Shown: positions 44,612 through 54,672, counted from the first letter of the stretch. The stretch is 64,000 nucleotides of DNA from an uncultured Actinomycetes bacterium (GCA_963695975.1 CAVOIB010000002.1:870833-934832); one strand, 5' to 3'. Translations and numbers: made by a program. Notes: generated by a model from the sequence alone, not told the origin.

Positions 44612-46177
44612 GTGGAGCGTTCCCAGCGGTCGTCGGCGCTCGCCCTCGCCGGGTTCGGGTTCGGCGTCGTGGCGGTGGCCGTCGTCGCCTCGGTGCCGGG
44701 ATCGCCGTTCCATCCCGTGCTCCCGCCCGGCATCCATCCCGGCGGGCCGTTCCGCTGGCTCGCCGATGCGCTTGGCGTGGGTGGGCTCGCCGGAGGTGCC
44801 CTCGTCGCCTCCGGCGTCGCGTCGATCGCCGTCGCGGTGGTGTCGTTCCTGTTCGTCCTGCGAGCCGCCTGGCTCGGGGGGTTGTCGCTCCGGACCGTCG
44901 TGATCGCCGCGGTGGTCGCTCACGCCGTGGTGCTCACGCTTCCGCTGCTGATCTCGCGGGATGTCTACTCCTACATCGCCTACGGGAACATCGCCGGGAT
45001 CCATCACGCGAACCCCTACGTCCAGACGCCCGCCGACTTCCCGCACGACGCCGTTTCGATGCTGGTGGGCCCGAAGTGGTTCGCCGTTCCCGCCGTCTAC
45101 GGGCCGCTGTTCACGGGGTTCGCATCGCTCGTTGTGCGGATGGTCGATGGGCTTGCCGCGCAGGCGGCGGCGTTCCGCTTGACCGCGACGGCTGCGAGCC
45201 TCGGGACCGTCGCCCTGGTCGCGACGACAGTGAAGGGCATGTGGCCGCGCCGTGCCGCGTTCGCGGTCGCCGCGTTCGGACTCAACCCGGTCGTGTTGTT
45301 CCAGTCGGTAGGGAGCGGGCACAACGATCTGTTGGTGGCGCTCGCCGTGGCGGGAGCGTTCGCGCTGGTGGTGACGCGCAGGTATCTCCCGGCCGTCGCC
45401 GTCCTCACGCTGGGCACGGTCGTGAAGGCGCCCGCGGCGCTGCCGCTCCTCCTCCTACTGATCTGGTGCGTCGCGCGCGCGCCCGACGGCCGGCGCCTCC
45501 GCACGCTCCTCACCCACGGCGGTCTGGCGGCAGCGATCGGCGTCGCGTTCGCCGCGCCCTTCTTCCAGCTCCGCGACCCCACGCTCGGCATGTTCGAGCT
45601 CGCCGGGCACGAGGGGTGGCTTGCGCCGTCGCGGTTGTTCCGCCGGCTCCTGGACGGAGCGTCCGGAAATACGCTGGGGGTGCTCATGCGCGTCGGGTTC
45701 GCGGCGCTGTTGATGCTCAGCCTCTGGATCGTGGCGAGAGCCGTGTGGCGGACGGCGAAGACGGGTTCGGCGACCGACAGAACGGCCCAGCTCGAGCTGG
45801 GTGCTGGGTGGGCGTGGTCGCTCATGCTGCTGATGTTGCTCGGCCCCGTCCTGCTCCCGTGGTACGTGGTGTGGGCGCTTCCGATCGCGTGGCTCCTCCC
45901 CCGGGAACCGCGAATGGTGCTGTTGGGAACGTCGGTCGCGCTCGCGCTGTCGCAGTGGGTGGCGGAGCCGGCGCGGTTCCCGGGCGCCTACGACGCGAAC
46001 GTCCTGATCGGGCACTACGTGATCACGCCGGTCGTCATCGGGCTACTCGGGTGGCTGCTCCTCGACGGTCACCGGCGTCGGCGCGGGGGGCTGCCCCTGC
46101 GTGACGAGGAGGACGATGCCGGTGGCGCCGGCGCAGAGCGTGACGATCGCCGGGCCGACACTGCCGGCGAGCGATAG
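44612..46177 (+). CDS. Polytopic GT-C-type glycosyltransferase, MptB/DUF2029-like (polyprenol-phosphate-sugar dependent)
   Basis: 521-aa ORF with more than 10 TM spans. The first-loop motif SRDVYSYIAYGNIAGIHHANPY is typical of the mannosyltransferase family as I recall it. The 3' 135 nt overlap the convergent gene. Confidence 0.65.
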   Translation: MERSQRSSALALAGFGFGVVAVAVVASVPGSPFHPVLPPGIHPGGPFRWLADALGVGGLAGGALVASGVASIAVAVVSFLFVLRAAWLGGLSLRTVVIAAVVAHAVVLTLPLLISRDVYSYIAYGNIAGIHHANPYVQTPADFPHDAVSMLVGPKWFAVPAVYGPLFTGFASLVVRMVDGLAAQAAAFRLTATAASLGTVALVATTVKGMWPRRAAFAVAAFGLNPVVLFQSVGSGHNDLLVALAVAGAFALVVTRRYLPAVAVLTLGTVVKAPAALPLLLLLIWCVARAPDGRRLRTLLTHGGLAAAIGVAFAAPFFQLRDPTLGMFELAGHEGWLAPSRLFRRLLDGASGNTLGVLMRVGFAALLMLSLWIVARAVWRTAKTGSATDRTAQLELGAGWAWSLMLLMLLGPVLLPWYVVWALPIAWLLPREPRMVLLGTSVALALSQWVAEPARFPGAYDANVLIGHYVITPVVIGLLGWLLLDGHRRRRGGLPLRDEEDDAGGAGAERDDRRADTAGER

Positions 46178-47947
46178 TCCGATCAGATCCGCCAGCATGC
46201 CGCCGAGGATCAACGTGACGGCACCGAACGCCGGGGCCGTCGCGACCGCGGCCAGCGTGTCAAGACCTGCCCACCGGGCCCATGCGTACCCGACCGCCCC
46301 GGTGAGCGCGAGGATGGTGACGGCGGCCTCGATGGTCCGCCAGGGCGACGATGGGACGAGCGGATCGCGGGCCTGGTCCAGCGAGCCTGTCCTCGCGGGA
46401 GATTCCGACGAGTAGACGCCTCCGTTCCAGTTGTACAGGCCGCGTGTGTGGATCGCCTCGAGATCGCGGTCGAACGACGTCAGCAGGAACACGCTCGTCG
46501 GGCCGCTCGGGATGTCCGATAGGTACAGACGCGACAGCGCGTCGTACTCCGGGTTGCTGCGCTGGGTCGCGATCCCGGCGAAGTAGTTACGGGGTGTTCC
46601 GACGTACACGTAGACGTCGGCTGCACGGTCCGGCGGGACCGACGCGCGGATCACGTTCATCGCTCGCGTCGCCAGGAACGACGCGGTCGCGTCGGTGTCG
46701 TCCACGATGAACACCAGGGGCGTTCCCGCCGTGGAGGTCGCATCGGCGATCCTCCCTGCCATCGTCACGTGCTCGACCTCGAGCGTCGACATGAACGTCG
46801 ACTGCCTGCTCCACGCCATAAGCGCGCCGGCCGCCATCACGCCGATGAGCGATGCGGCGACCACGGTTCCGAGCATCCGTCGGCTCCCGAACCAGTTCCG
46901 GACGCCCACGACGCCCACCCCGGCGAGCGCGGGGATCGCGAATCCGAACGTGATCAGCCGGTCGGCGGGATACAAGCCCGTCACGAGGCCGAGCGGCGCC
47001 CCCACCACGACGAGAGCCGACCAGGTCGCCAGGACGCGCCGCGCGGTTCCGCTCGTCCGCATCAACCCGAGCGCCGCCAGGGGGATCGACAGCCACTGGA
47101 CGTAGCGGGCCCACCGGCGGAGGAACCGGTCGACGTACTCGGTGCTGAGCGCATCCAGCCGTCCCGCGCGGCGCAGGAAGCCGTCTTTCGACGTGTCGCC
47201 ACCCAGACGGGCCGGTCCGGCTGTGAGCGACGCGAGTGCGGCCCCAAGCAACGCTCCGCCCCCCAGGGCTGCGATCGTCGCGCGCCCCGCATCGCTCGAC
47301 CACCCGCGCTCGTGCCTGACGAGCGACCACGCAGCGACCCCGGCCAGGATCACCGTTCCCACCAAGAAGAACTGGGGGTGCGCCAGGCCGCCGCCCCCCA
47401 TCGCGAACGCCGCGGCATAGGCTCCCCGACGCGTCCGGGTGGCCAAGCAGACCGCGGCCGCGACGAACGGCGCGGCGAAGGTCAGGTTCGCCACGTATCC
47501 CGCGGCGAGGTGGACGGTGAACAGGCCGGTCAGGAGCCCACCCACGATCCACGCCGCTCTCGCGCCTCGATGTTCACCACCCATCGGCATCGCGGCGCGG
47601 ACCAGCATGGCCATCCCGGCAGCGATGGCGGCGCCGAGCGCGGCTACGAGGCCTGCGGCGACGGATACGACGGACAGGTGCAACGAGCCGGCGAGCACGG
47701 CGATCAATGCGGGGCTGCCCGGCCGTCCGCCGACGGCGGACAGCCCTTCGCTCGCGCCGACCCGCGTCCACCAGAGGTAGACGGGCATGTCGGAGCCGAT
47801 CCCGAAGCGGTAACCGTGGCGCACGTAGGGCGCGAGCAACACGCCGAGGGTCGCGAGGACGAGTCCCCCGAGCCACAGCAGCCCGGATCGGGTCCGCCTC
47901 TGCGTTTCGACCGCGTCCGTGTCGTTACTCCGACGCGAGGAACGCAC
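46043..47947 (-). CDS. Large polytopic membrane protein with an extracytoplasmic domain (GT-C-like architecture, function unknown)
   Basis: 634-aa ORF. About 11 N-terminal TM spans are followed by a soluble segment of roughly 150 aa (TLEVEHVTMAGRIADATSTAGTPLVFIVDD...) and then 3 further TM spans. The start is uncertain because it overlaps the upstream lipoprotein gene by 23 nt. Confidence 0.6.
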   Translation of the reverse strand: MRSSRRSNDTDAVETQRRTRSGLLWLGGLVLATLGVLLAPYVRHGYRFGIGSDMPVYLWWTRVGASEGLSAVGGRPGSPALIAVLAGSLHLSVVSVAAGLVAALGAAIAAGMAMLVRAAMPMGGEHRGARAAWIVGGLLTGLFTVHLAAGYVANLTFAAPFVAAAVCLATRTRRGAYAAAFAMGGGGLAHPQFFLVGTVILAGVAAWSLVRHERGWSSDAGRATIAALGGGALLGAALASLTAGPARLGGDTSKDGFLRRAGRLDALSTEYVDRFLRRWARYVQWLSIPLAALGLMRTSGTARRVLATWSALVVVGAPLGLVTGLYPADRLITFGFAIPALAGVGVVGVRNWFGSRRMLGTVVAASLIGVMAAGALMAWSRQSTFMSTLEVEHVTMAGRIADATSTAGTPLVFIVDDTDATASFLATRAMNVIRASVPPDRAADVYVYVGTPRNYFAGIATQRSNPEYDALSRLYLSDIPSGPTSVFLLTSFDRDLEAIHTRGLYNWNGGVYSSESPARTGSLDQARDPLVPSSPWRTIEAAVTILALTGAVGYAWARWAGLDTLAAVATAPAFGAVTLILGGMLADLIGLSLAGSVGPAIVTLCAGATGIVLLVTQGQPPAPTPVTVEEQPPE

Positions 47948-48524
47948 CCTGGGCCGCGACCGTGATCGTGCCGCTCTCGTCCACCAGGGTCGCGCACGCG
48001 AACGTGCCCGAGAACGAGGTGGCGTCAGGGGGCTGGACCACCGTCACCGCGCATCCGCCGTCGATCGAGGTGAACCGGTATGTCCCCGAGCTCGCGTGGA
48101 CGAAGAACGAGAGGCGCATCACGTCGGACGTGGGCCGCGAGCCCACGAAGGTCGCGCCGGCGAGCGCGAACCCCGCTCCGGCCGATTGCCAGTTCAGCGC
48201 GAACGATCCAGGTGGGGGGGCGTAGATCGCGGGGCTCGCGAGCGGGATGGCCGGCTGCGAAGTCTGAAGACCCCCCGTGACGACGAGCGACGCCGTGCCT
48301 TGCGTGAGTGAGGGTGGAACGGGCGTGGTCGTCAGCGTCGGGGCCTCACTGCCGTCGGCGGCCGAAGCCGTTCCGGTCGCCACCGACGTCGTCGGCGACA
48401 CGTTCCCCGTCGGCTGGCTCGTCGGCACCGGACCGAGCGAGGATCCCTCGTCGCCTCCACCTCCGCAAGCGGCCGTGAGCAGCGTGACCCCGAGCGCGAT
48501 GGCGAGCGTCAAGTTCCTCCGCAC
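47925..48524 (-). CDS. Hypothetical lipoprotein
   Basis: GTG at 48524 after GAAGGAG (ORF 47925..49364). Lipobox: LGVTLLTAAC. A Ser/Thr/Pro-rich linker is followed by a beta-rich domain. Confidence 0.6.
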   Translation of the reverse strand: MRRNLTLAIALGVTLLTAACGGGGDEGSSLGPVPTSQPTGNVSPTTSVATGTASAADGSEAPTLTTTPVPPSLTQGTASLVVTGGLQTSQPAIPLASPAIYAPPPGSFALNWQSAGAGFALAGATFVGSRPTSDVMRLSFFVHASSGTYRFTSIDGGCAVTVVQPPDATSFSGTFACATLVDESGTITVAAQGAFLASE

Positions 48525-48617
48525 GTCGGCTCCTTCGATGGACGGCTGACTGTAGCGCACGGGTCTTGGCCCGGCCGTGCACCGGTCGGCCCCGGCACGT
48601 TGGTAGCCTGACGATCC

Positions 48618-50006
48618 ATGGTGGACCGCGAGCTCGTGCAGGAGGTGCTTCAGGCGGCACGACGCCGGGGCGGGTCGTTCGCCGAGCTGTTCGTGGAGGA
48701 GAAATCCTCGACCTCGATCCGGCTGGACGACGGGAAGGTCGAGGAGCTCACCACCGGCCTTGATCGCGGGGCCGGGGTCCGGGTGTGCCGGGGGACCTCG
48801 TACGGCTACGCATACTCCAACCGGCTGGACCGATCGGCGTTGCTCGACGCGGCCGAGGCCGCGAGCGCCGCACTGCGGCAGGGTGAGGCCGGCGAGGTGG
48901 TGGATCTGCGTCAGCCGCGGACGGTGCCCGTCGTGAACCCCGTGGACCGTCCGGCGGACGACCTCCCAGCGGCAGAGAAGGTGGCCTGGCTGCGAGCGGT
49001 GGACGACGCCGCGCGATCGTTCAGTCCTGAGGTCGTGCAGGTCGTGGGCGCATACGGCGACTCGATGCAGCACGTGATGATCGCGACGTCCGACGGCCGG
49101 TGGGTCGAGGAGTGGCGGCCGCGCATCCGACTGTTCGCGGAGGTCGTTGCGGAGCGCGACGGCAACATCCAGACGGGGTTCCACGGCCCGGCCGCCTGCA
49201 GCGGGATGGAGTTCGTCGACCGTCACCCGCCGCGCGCGACGGCGGAGGTCGCCGCCAAGCGTGCGGTCACGATGCTCGATTCGATCCCCGCGCCCGCCGG
49301 TGAGATGACGGTCGTGCTGGCACCCGGGATGGGTGGCGTGCTGTTCCACGAGGCGGTCGGTCACCCGCTCGAGTGCGATGCGGTCGACAAGGAGGCCAGC
49401 GTCTACCGGGGGCTGATCGGCGAGCGATGCGCTTCTGAGCTGATCGACGGCGTAGATGACGCCACGATCGCGAACGGCTGGGGCTCCTACGCGTTCGACG
49501 ACGAGGGGACGCCGTCGCAGCGCACGTCACTCTTCGAACGCGGTGTCCTGCAGGGGCTCCTGTACGACCGGATACACGCCGACAAAGACGGGCAGCCGCC
49601 CACCGGGAACGGCCGCCGACAGTCGTACGCCGCACCCCCGATCCCACGGATGACGAACACGAACATCCTGAACGGCACGTCCGACGCCGCCGACATGCTC
49701 GCCTCGACCGAGCAGGGCGTCTACGTGACGTCGCTCGGAGGCGGGCAGACGAACCCGGCGACCGGCGACTTCGTGTTCGGGGTCGCAGAGGGGTTCCTGC
49801 TCGAGAACGGCGTCGTCACGACGCCCGTGCGCGGCGCCAACCTCATCGGACGAGCGATCGACGTGATGAGCGCGGTCGACGCGGTAGCGGGCGACTTCGA
49901 CACCTGGGAGGGCGTCTGCGGGAAGGACGGGCAGGCCGCCCCCGTGGGAAGCGGGTCGCCCACGCTTCGCATCTCGCGGATCACGGTGGGGGGTACCGGT
50001 GCCTGA
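48618..50006 (+). CDS. tldD: TldD-family metalloprotease
   Basis: 462-aa ORF. The HExxxH motif is VLFHEAVGHPLE, and the C-terminal segment is GKDGQAAPVGSGSPTLRISRITVGG. Confidence 0.85.
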   Translation: MVDRELVQEVLQAARRRGGSFAELFVEEKSSTSIRLDDGKVEELTTGLDRGAGVRVCRGTSYGYAYSNRLDRSALLDAAEAASAALRQGEAGEVVDLRQPRTVPVVNPVDRPADDLPAAEKVAWLRAVDDAARSFSPEVVQVVGAYGDSMQHVMIATSDGRWVEEWRPRIRLFAEVVAERDGNIQTGFHGPAACSGMEFVDRHPPRATAEVAAKRAVTMLDSIPAPAGEMTVVLAPGMGGVLFHEAVGHPLECDAVDKEASVYRGLIGERCASELIDGVDDATIANGWGSYAFDDEGTPSQRTSLFERGVLQGLLYDRIHADKDGQPPTGNGRRQSYAAPPIPRMTNTNILNGTSDAADMLASTEQGVYVTSLGGGQTNPATGDFVFGVAEGFLLENGVVTTPVRGANLIGRAIDVMSAVDAVAGDFDTWEGVCGKDGQAAPVGSGSPTLRISRITVGGTGA

Positions 50007-51342
50007 CCTCGGCGACCTCTGCCGGGCCGCAGTGGACGCGGCGGAGGGCGATGAGGCGGTTGAGGCCTACGCCGAGGAGTCCAGGGACACGGAGGCGACC
50101 GCACTGCGGGGTGAGATCGAAGGGCTCACGTTCGCGGAGTCGCGCGGCGTGGGTGTTCGGCTGATCGCGGAGTCCCGGTCGGGGTACGCGTACGCCGCCG
50201 ATCCGTCGGAGGACGAGGTGCGCGACGCCGTTCGGCGAGCACGCGAGAACGCCGCGCTCGCCGAACCGGATCCGTTCAACGGGCTGCCGGCATTCGAGCC
50301 GGCAACGCCGATCCCCGGGCTCTTCCGCGAGGACCAAGCGCGCGTGCCGACGGATCGGAAGGTGTCGCTCGCGCTCGATCTCGAGCGCCGGGTGATCTCG
50401 ACCGACCCGCGTGTGACGAAGGTCGACGCCGCGCAGATCGGCGACTCGGTGTCTCGCACCGCGATCGCGTCGACGACCGGTGTGAAGGCCGAGTACGCCC
50501 GCACCGACGCGTGGTGCGTGGCGGTCGCACTCGCCGTCGAGGGCGACGAGACGCAGACGGGCTTCTCGTTCTCGATCTCCCGCGGGGTCGACGATCTGCT
50601 GTGGGAGTCGATCGCGGACGAGGCGGTCGCCCGATCGGTGCGGATGCTCGGCGCGACGAAACCCGTCACGGCCAAGGTTCCGGTCGTGCTCGATCAGTTC
50701 GCGGCGATGTCCTTCTTGGGGGTGCTTGCCGGCGCGCTCTCGGCCGAGGCGGTGCTGAAGCGGCGATCGCTGTTCGCCGACATGGTGGGCCGGCAGGTCG
50801 GGTCGGACCTCGTCACGCTGATCGACGACGGCACGATCACGATCGGGCCCGCGGCCGCGCCCTTCGACGATGAAGGTGTTCCCTCCGGCCGGACCGAACT
50901 CTTCACGCGCGGAACGCTGAACGGCTTCCTGCACAACACGTATACCGCGAATCGGACCGGCGGAGGCGCCCGGTCCACGGGGAACGCGAAACGCGGCGGC
51001 TACAAGTCGACGCCCGACGTCGGCACGTCGAACTTCTACCTCGAGGCTGGCGACCGGTCGTTCGAGGAATTGCTGGCCCGAGCCGACGGCGGAGTGCTCA
51101 TCCAGGACGTGAGCGGCGTCCACTCCGGCGCGAACCCGATCAGCGGGGAGTTCTCGGTAGGGGCGACCGGGCTACGGATCGCCGGCGGCGCGCTCGGCGA
51201 GCCGCTGCGCGAGATGACCGTCGCCTCCACGCTTCCCGAGATGCTGGCGGCGATCACCGGCGTTGGAAGCGACCTCCGCTTCTTCTCGTCCGTAGGGACG
51301 CCGTCGGTGCTCATCGGCGAGATGACGCTCGCGGGCGTATGA
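49999..51342 (+). CDS. pmbA: PmbA/TldE-family protein (partner of TldD)
   Basis: 447-aa ORF. The GTG start overlaps the tldD stop by 8 nt. It has the same fold family (NFYLEAGDRSFEELL, GEFSVGATGLRIAGG) but no HExxxH motif. Confidence 0.8.
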   Translation: MPDLGDLCRAAVDAAEGDEAVEAYAEESRDTEATALRGEIEGLTFAESRGVGVRLIAESRSGYAYAADPSEDEVRDAVRRARENAALAEPDPFNGLPAFEPATPIPGLFREDQARVPTDRKVSLALDLERRVISTDPRVTKVDAAQIGDSVSRTAIASTTGVKAEYARTDAWCVAVALAVEGDETQTGFSFSISRGVDDLLWESIADEAVARSVRMLGATKPVTAKVPVVLDQFAAMSFLGVLAGALSAEAVLKRRSLFADMVGRQVGSDLVTLIDDGTITIGPAAAPFDDEGVPSGRTELFTRGTLNGFLHNTYTANRTGGGARSTGNAKRGGYKSTPDVGTSNFYLEAGDRSFEELLARADGGVLIQDVSGVHSGANPISGEFSVGATGLRIAGGALGEPLREMTVASTLPEMLAAITGVGSDLRFFSSVGTPSVLIGEMTLAGV

Positions 51343-51356
51343 GCGACCGGTAGGCA

Positions 51357-52955
51357 TCAACCGACGTCGACGGTGATCGTGTGATACCCGGTCGCGCCGT
51401 CGGGGATCGGCGGAGCGTATGCCGAGCTCTGCGTCTCACCGGTGGCGTCGGTCGCTCGGACGGAGATCGTGTGCTGTCCCCGGGTGGCGGTCCAGCGGCA
51501 CAACCACTGCCGCCACGTGTCGATCGTGTCCTCGGCGCCGAGTTCCGCGGGCATCCACGGGCCCCCGTCGACCTGCACCTCGACCCGCTGGATCCCCCGG
51601 TGCTGCGCCCACGCCACACCGGCGACGACCGTTTCGCCCGTGGTGAGTGACGCCCCCGACCTGGGCGTGTCGATCCTTGACTCGGTCTTGATCGGCGCCT
51701 GTTGCGCCCACCCGCGTTCGACCCAGTACGCATCGTAGGCCTCGAACGTCGTGAGTTCGAGATCGACGACCCACTTCGTGGCGGAGACGTAGCCATACAG
51801 GCCGGGCACGATCATGCGGACCGGGAAGCCGTGTTCGATCGGCAGCGGCCGCCCGTTCATGGCGACGGCGAGCATGGCGTCGCGGCCGTCCATCACGATG
51901 GCCGTGGGAGTCCCCACGGTGAAGCCGTCGACGGACCGTGAGACGATCTGTGTGGCCTGCGGTGCGACCCCCGCTTCGTCGAGCAGGGCCTTGAGCGGCG
52001 CTCCGATCCATCGCGCGTTTCCGATGTACCTGCCCCCCACCTCGTTGGAGACACAGGTAAGCGTCACGTCGCGCTCGATCAGCGGGCGCTCGAGCAGCCG
52101 GCGATAGTCGAGCGTGATCGGGCGCTCGACCATGCCGTGCACCTTGAGCGTCCATCGCTCGGCGGTGACCGACGGAACGAAGAGCGCGGTGTCGACCCGG
52201 TAGAAGCGATCGTTCGGCGTGAGGAACGGCCCCAGGCCCGGAACCGCGAGGTCGGCTCCCGCGGGGATCGGAGGTGCGAGGTCGGCGGGCGCAGGGATCC
52301 GAACGGCTGCTCTCGACTCGCTGGCGTCGGCGCGGCCGATGAGCAGCCGTCCGATCTCTCCGCTCGCGCCGGCGACACCGACGGCGGCGACGCCTGTCCA
52401 CAGGAACCGCCGGCGATCGAACCCCGGCGCCGGGTCGCCGGCGTGCTTCGGCGGCTCCCTCCATGCGTTCGTGAGTCCCGCCGCCCGGCGCAGGAGCCAG
52501 AAGGTGCCGACGCCCGCGGCCGCTCCGACGAGCGATGGGATCGCGTCCGTGAGCCCGTTGGCGGGTCTGGTCACCGCCGCGGTCGCTCCGACCAAGCCGA
52601 ACACGAGGATGGCGACGACGCCGACCCATGGCCGCCGGAGCGCAACGATCCCGAGGACGACCGCCGCGATCACCAGGAGCGTGTCGATCCCCGTTACGAG
52701 CGCGAACTTGTCGTTCGGGCCGAACGTCCGGATGGCGAAGGTCTTCAACCACTCTGGGGTGGCGTCGATCGCCGCGCTCCCGACCGCGAGGATCGGCGAC
52801 GAGGATCCTCCGATCACCCCTGCGGCCAGCTGGGCGACCCCGATCGCCACAGCGCCGCTCAGCAGCCCGATCGTTCCCCCGACGATGCTGCCCGGCGTCG
52901 ACGGAGAGCCGGGCTCGGCGATCGGTCGCTCGCTCGTCGTCGTGGCTCGTGCCAT
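51357..52955 (-). CDS. Membrane-anchored molybdopterin-dependent oxidoreductase (sulfite-oxidase family)
   Basis: 532-aa ORF with an N-terminal multi-TM region. The SUOX-type domain shows FYRVDTALFVPSVTAERWTLKVHGMVERPITLDY and the Mo-ligand Cys context TLTCVSNEVGG. Confidence 0.8.
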   Translation of the reverse strand: MARATTTSERPIAEPGSPSTPGSIVGGTIGLLSGAVAIGVAQLAAGVIGGSSSPILAVGSAAIDATPEWLKTFAIRTFGPNDKFALVTGIDTLLVIAAVVLGIVALRRPWVGVVAILVFGLVGATAAVTRPANGLTDAIPSLVGAAAGVGTFWLLRRAAGLTNAWREPPKHAGDPAPGFDRRRFLWTGVAAVGVAGASGEIGRLLIGRADASESRAAVRIPAPADLAPPIPAGADLAVPGLGPFLTPNDRFYRVDTALFVPSVTAERWTLKVHGMVERPITLDYRRLLERPLIERDVTLTCVSNEVGGRYIGNARWIGAPLKALLDEAGVAPQATQIVSRSVDGFTVGTPTAIVMDGRDAMLAVAMNGRPLPIEHGFPVRMIVPGLYGYVSATKWVVDLELTTFEAYDAYWVERGWAQQAPIKTESRIDTPRSGASLTTGETVVAGVAWAQHRGIQRVEVQVDGGPWMPAELGAEDTIDTWRQWLCRWTATRGQHTISVRATDATGETQSSAYAPPIPDGATGYHTITVDVG

Positions 52956-53003
52956 ACCGGATCGAGTCTAGGGGCGTTCCTTGCGGACCAGGAGCGAGCC
53001 GGG

Positions 53004-53843
53004 TCAGACGGTGGCCGGGCGGGCGCCGCTCACGATCAGCACGACGATCAGCCCGGCGACGATCAGCCGGTAGACCATGAACGCCTTGAAGGTGTGCCGA
53101 CGGAGGTATCCCAACAGGAACCAGATCACGACGAACCCGCTGATCGCCGAGGAGACGAAACCCCAGAGGAACTCGCTCGCGTATCCCTGGAACCCCGTCT
53201 GCGCAAGATCCAGGCCCTTCGCGAGCCCCGCGCCCGCGATGATCGGGATGGCCAGGAGGAACGAGAACCTGGCGGACGACTCGCGGTCGATCCCGATCCA
53301 GCGCGCGCCCGTCATGGTGATGCCCGACCTCGAGACGCCCGGCTGCAAGGCGAGGGCCTGCAGCGCGCCGAGCCCGAGCCCGGTCCGCGGACCGATCGAA
53401 TCCATGCCGCGATCCGAGCGCGACTTGGCGTCGATCCACCACAGCAGCACGCCGCCGACCGACAGCGTGATCGCCATCAGCCACGGTTGCCCGAGCCTCT
53501 TCTCGATCGTGGATTCGAGCAAGAAGCCGGCCAGCGCCCCGGGGATCGTGCCGATCACGAGGGCCCAGGCCAGACGCTCATCGGGCGTGGCGATCGCACG
53601 GGTCCTGAGCGACCGGAGCCAGGCCTTGAGGTATCGCCAGAGGTCGCTCCGGAAGTAGATGACCGCGCCCACGAGCGTCCCCACGTGTAGCGCCACGTCG
53701 AACGTCTTGTTGAGCGCGGGATCGTTGAGGATCGACCAGTTGAACAACCACGGCACCAGGATCAGATGTCCGGAACTCGACACGGGGGCGAACTCCGTCG
53801 CCCCTTGCGTCAGACCGAGCACGATCGCCTGCAGGATGGTCAC
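53004..53843 (-). CDS. uppP: Undecaprenyl-diphosphate phosphatase
   Basis: GTG at 53843 after GAAAGGA (ORF 53004..54017). Canonical motifs: GLTQGATEFAPVSSSGHL and PGVSRSGITMTG. Confidence 0.9.
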   Translation of the reverse strand: MTILQAIVLGLTQGATEFAPVSSSGHLILVPWLFNWSILNDPALNKTFDVALHVGTLVGAVIYFRSDLWRYLKAWLRSLRTRAIATPDERLAWALVIGTIPGALAGFLLESTIEKRLGQPWLMAITLSVGGVLLWWIDAKSRSDRGMDSIGPRTGLGLGALQALALQPGVSRSGITMTGARWIGIDRESSARFSFLLAIPIIAGAGLAKGLDLAQTGFQGYASEFLWGFVSSAISGFVVIWFLLGYLRRHTFKAFMVYRLIVAGLIVVLIVSGARPATV

Positions 53844-53922
53844 CGGTCGGTCCTTTCGGGCGGGAGGTCCGCGCCATGCTATCGGTAGGCATCCCGCACG
53901 CCATGAGGCGAACGGCGGTCGG

Positions 53923-54645
53923 TTATGACGTTCCTGTCGCGGGCTCCGGTCCCACGATCGCGACCGTGACCTGCGCGAACGCCTTCGCGTACGCGAGCCG
54001 TTCGGCGGCGGCGGCATCGGCGAGGACTACCAACGAAACGCCATCGGCACTCGACCCGGTGGCCGCACCGCCGAGTCCGCCCGCGGGGACCTGCGTGAGC
54101 ACCTTCAACACCTCGATCTCGGCGGCCGCCAACTCCGTGTGCGGTCGGCCGCCCCCGTACGTCGCGTAGACGTCGACACGGTCACCCGCGCTGATCGTCT
54201 CCTCGGGCACGCCGGCCGCGATCACTACCGCCCGCAACCCGGGCGGAACGAGGGCCGCGATCGGTCCCGTATGCGGAACGGCCAGCCGCGACGCCGTGAC
54301 GATCTCGCCCTCCGCGATGTCTGCGGTGAGGATCCGGCCGGTGACCGACGTCGTGTCCGAGATCGCGCCGGGAGGCACGTACGTCGCCGGCATCCTCTCG
54401 CTGTGCACCATGTCTTCCGAGAACACGGTTCCGCGGTTGAGATCGATCGCCGCCACCACGACCTGCGTCTCGACGCTCCCGGGCGAGCGAAGCGCGTCGG
54501 CTCGCTCCTGATACCCACGCATGAGCACGAACGTCGCGGCCCCGAACAGCACGGCGAGCACGAGCAGGATCTTCGAAGCGAGCGGCCAGCGCCGTCTGAG
54601 CATGCGCGCGAGGCTCGCACACGTTCGCATGTTCGACCGTGACAT
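53923..54645 (-). CDS. SAF-domain / CpaB(RcpC)-like protein with an N-terminal TM anchor
   Basis: 240-aa ORF; the start is uncertain and could be ATG 54603. TM span: ILLVLAVLFGAATFVL. SAF-like segment: AAIDLNRGTVFSEDMV ... ILTADIAEGEIVTASRL. Confidence 0.65.
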   Translation of the reverse strand: MSRSNMRTCASLARMLRRRWPLASKILLVLAVLFGAATFVLMRGYQERADALRSPGSVETQVVVAAIDLNRGTVFSEDMVHSERMPATYVPPGAISDTTSVTGRILTADIAEGEIVTASRLAVPHTGPIAALVPPGLRAVVIAAGVPEETISAGDRVDVYATYGGGRPHTELAAAEIEVLKVLTQVPAGGLGGAATGSSADGVSLVVLADAAAAERLAYAKAFAQVTVAIVGPEPATGTS

Positions 54646-54672
54646 CGGTCACGCCCGGGGCCAATCAAGGCG

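Noticed and set aside
48618-51342. TldD/PmbA pair as part of a RiPP (microcin B17-like) maturation system
   Set aside because: No precursor-peptide-like ORF, cyclodehydratase, dehydrogenase or exporter is adjacent. The pair looks like the widespread housekeeping tldD-pmbA operon.
51436-53484. 682-aa minus-strand ORF and 517-aa plus-strand ORF (52137..53690) across the Mo-enzyme and uppP genes
   Set aside because: They are alternative-frame or antisense products with Arg/Gly/Asp/Pro-rich composition. The annotated frames carry canonical SUOX-family and UppP motifs.
53923-54645. CpaB-like gene as evidence of a Tad/Flp pilus locus
   Set aside because: No CpaA/CpaE/CpaF/TadB/TadC or pilin genes are nearby. 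A lone SAF-domain membrane protein at this position is, as I recall, a conserved feature of the actinobacterial galU neighbourhood.
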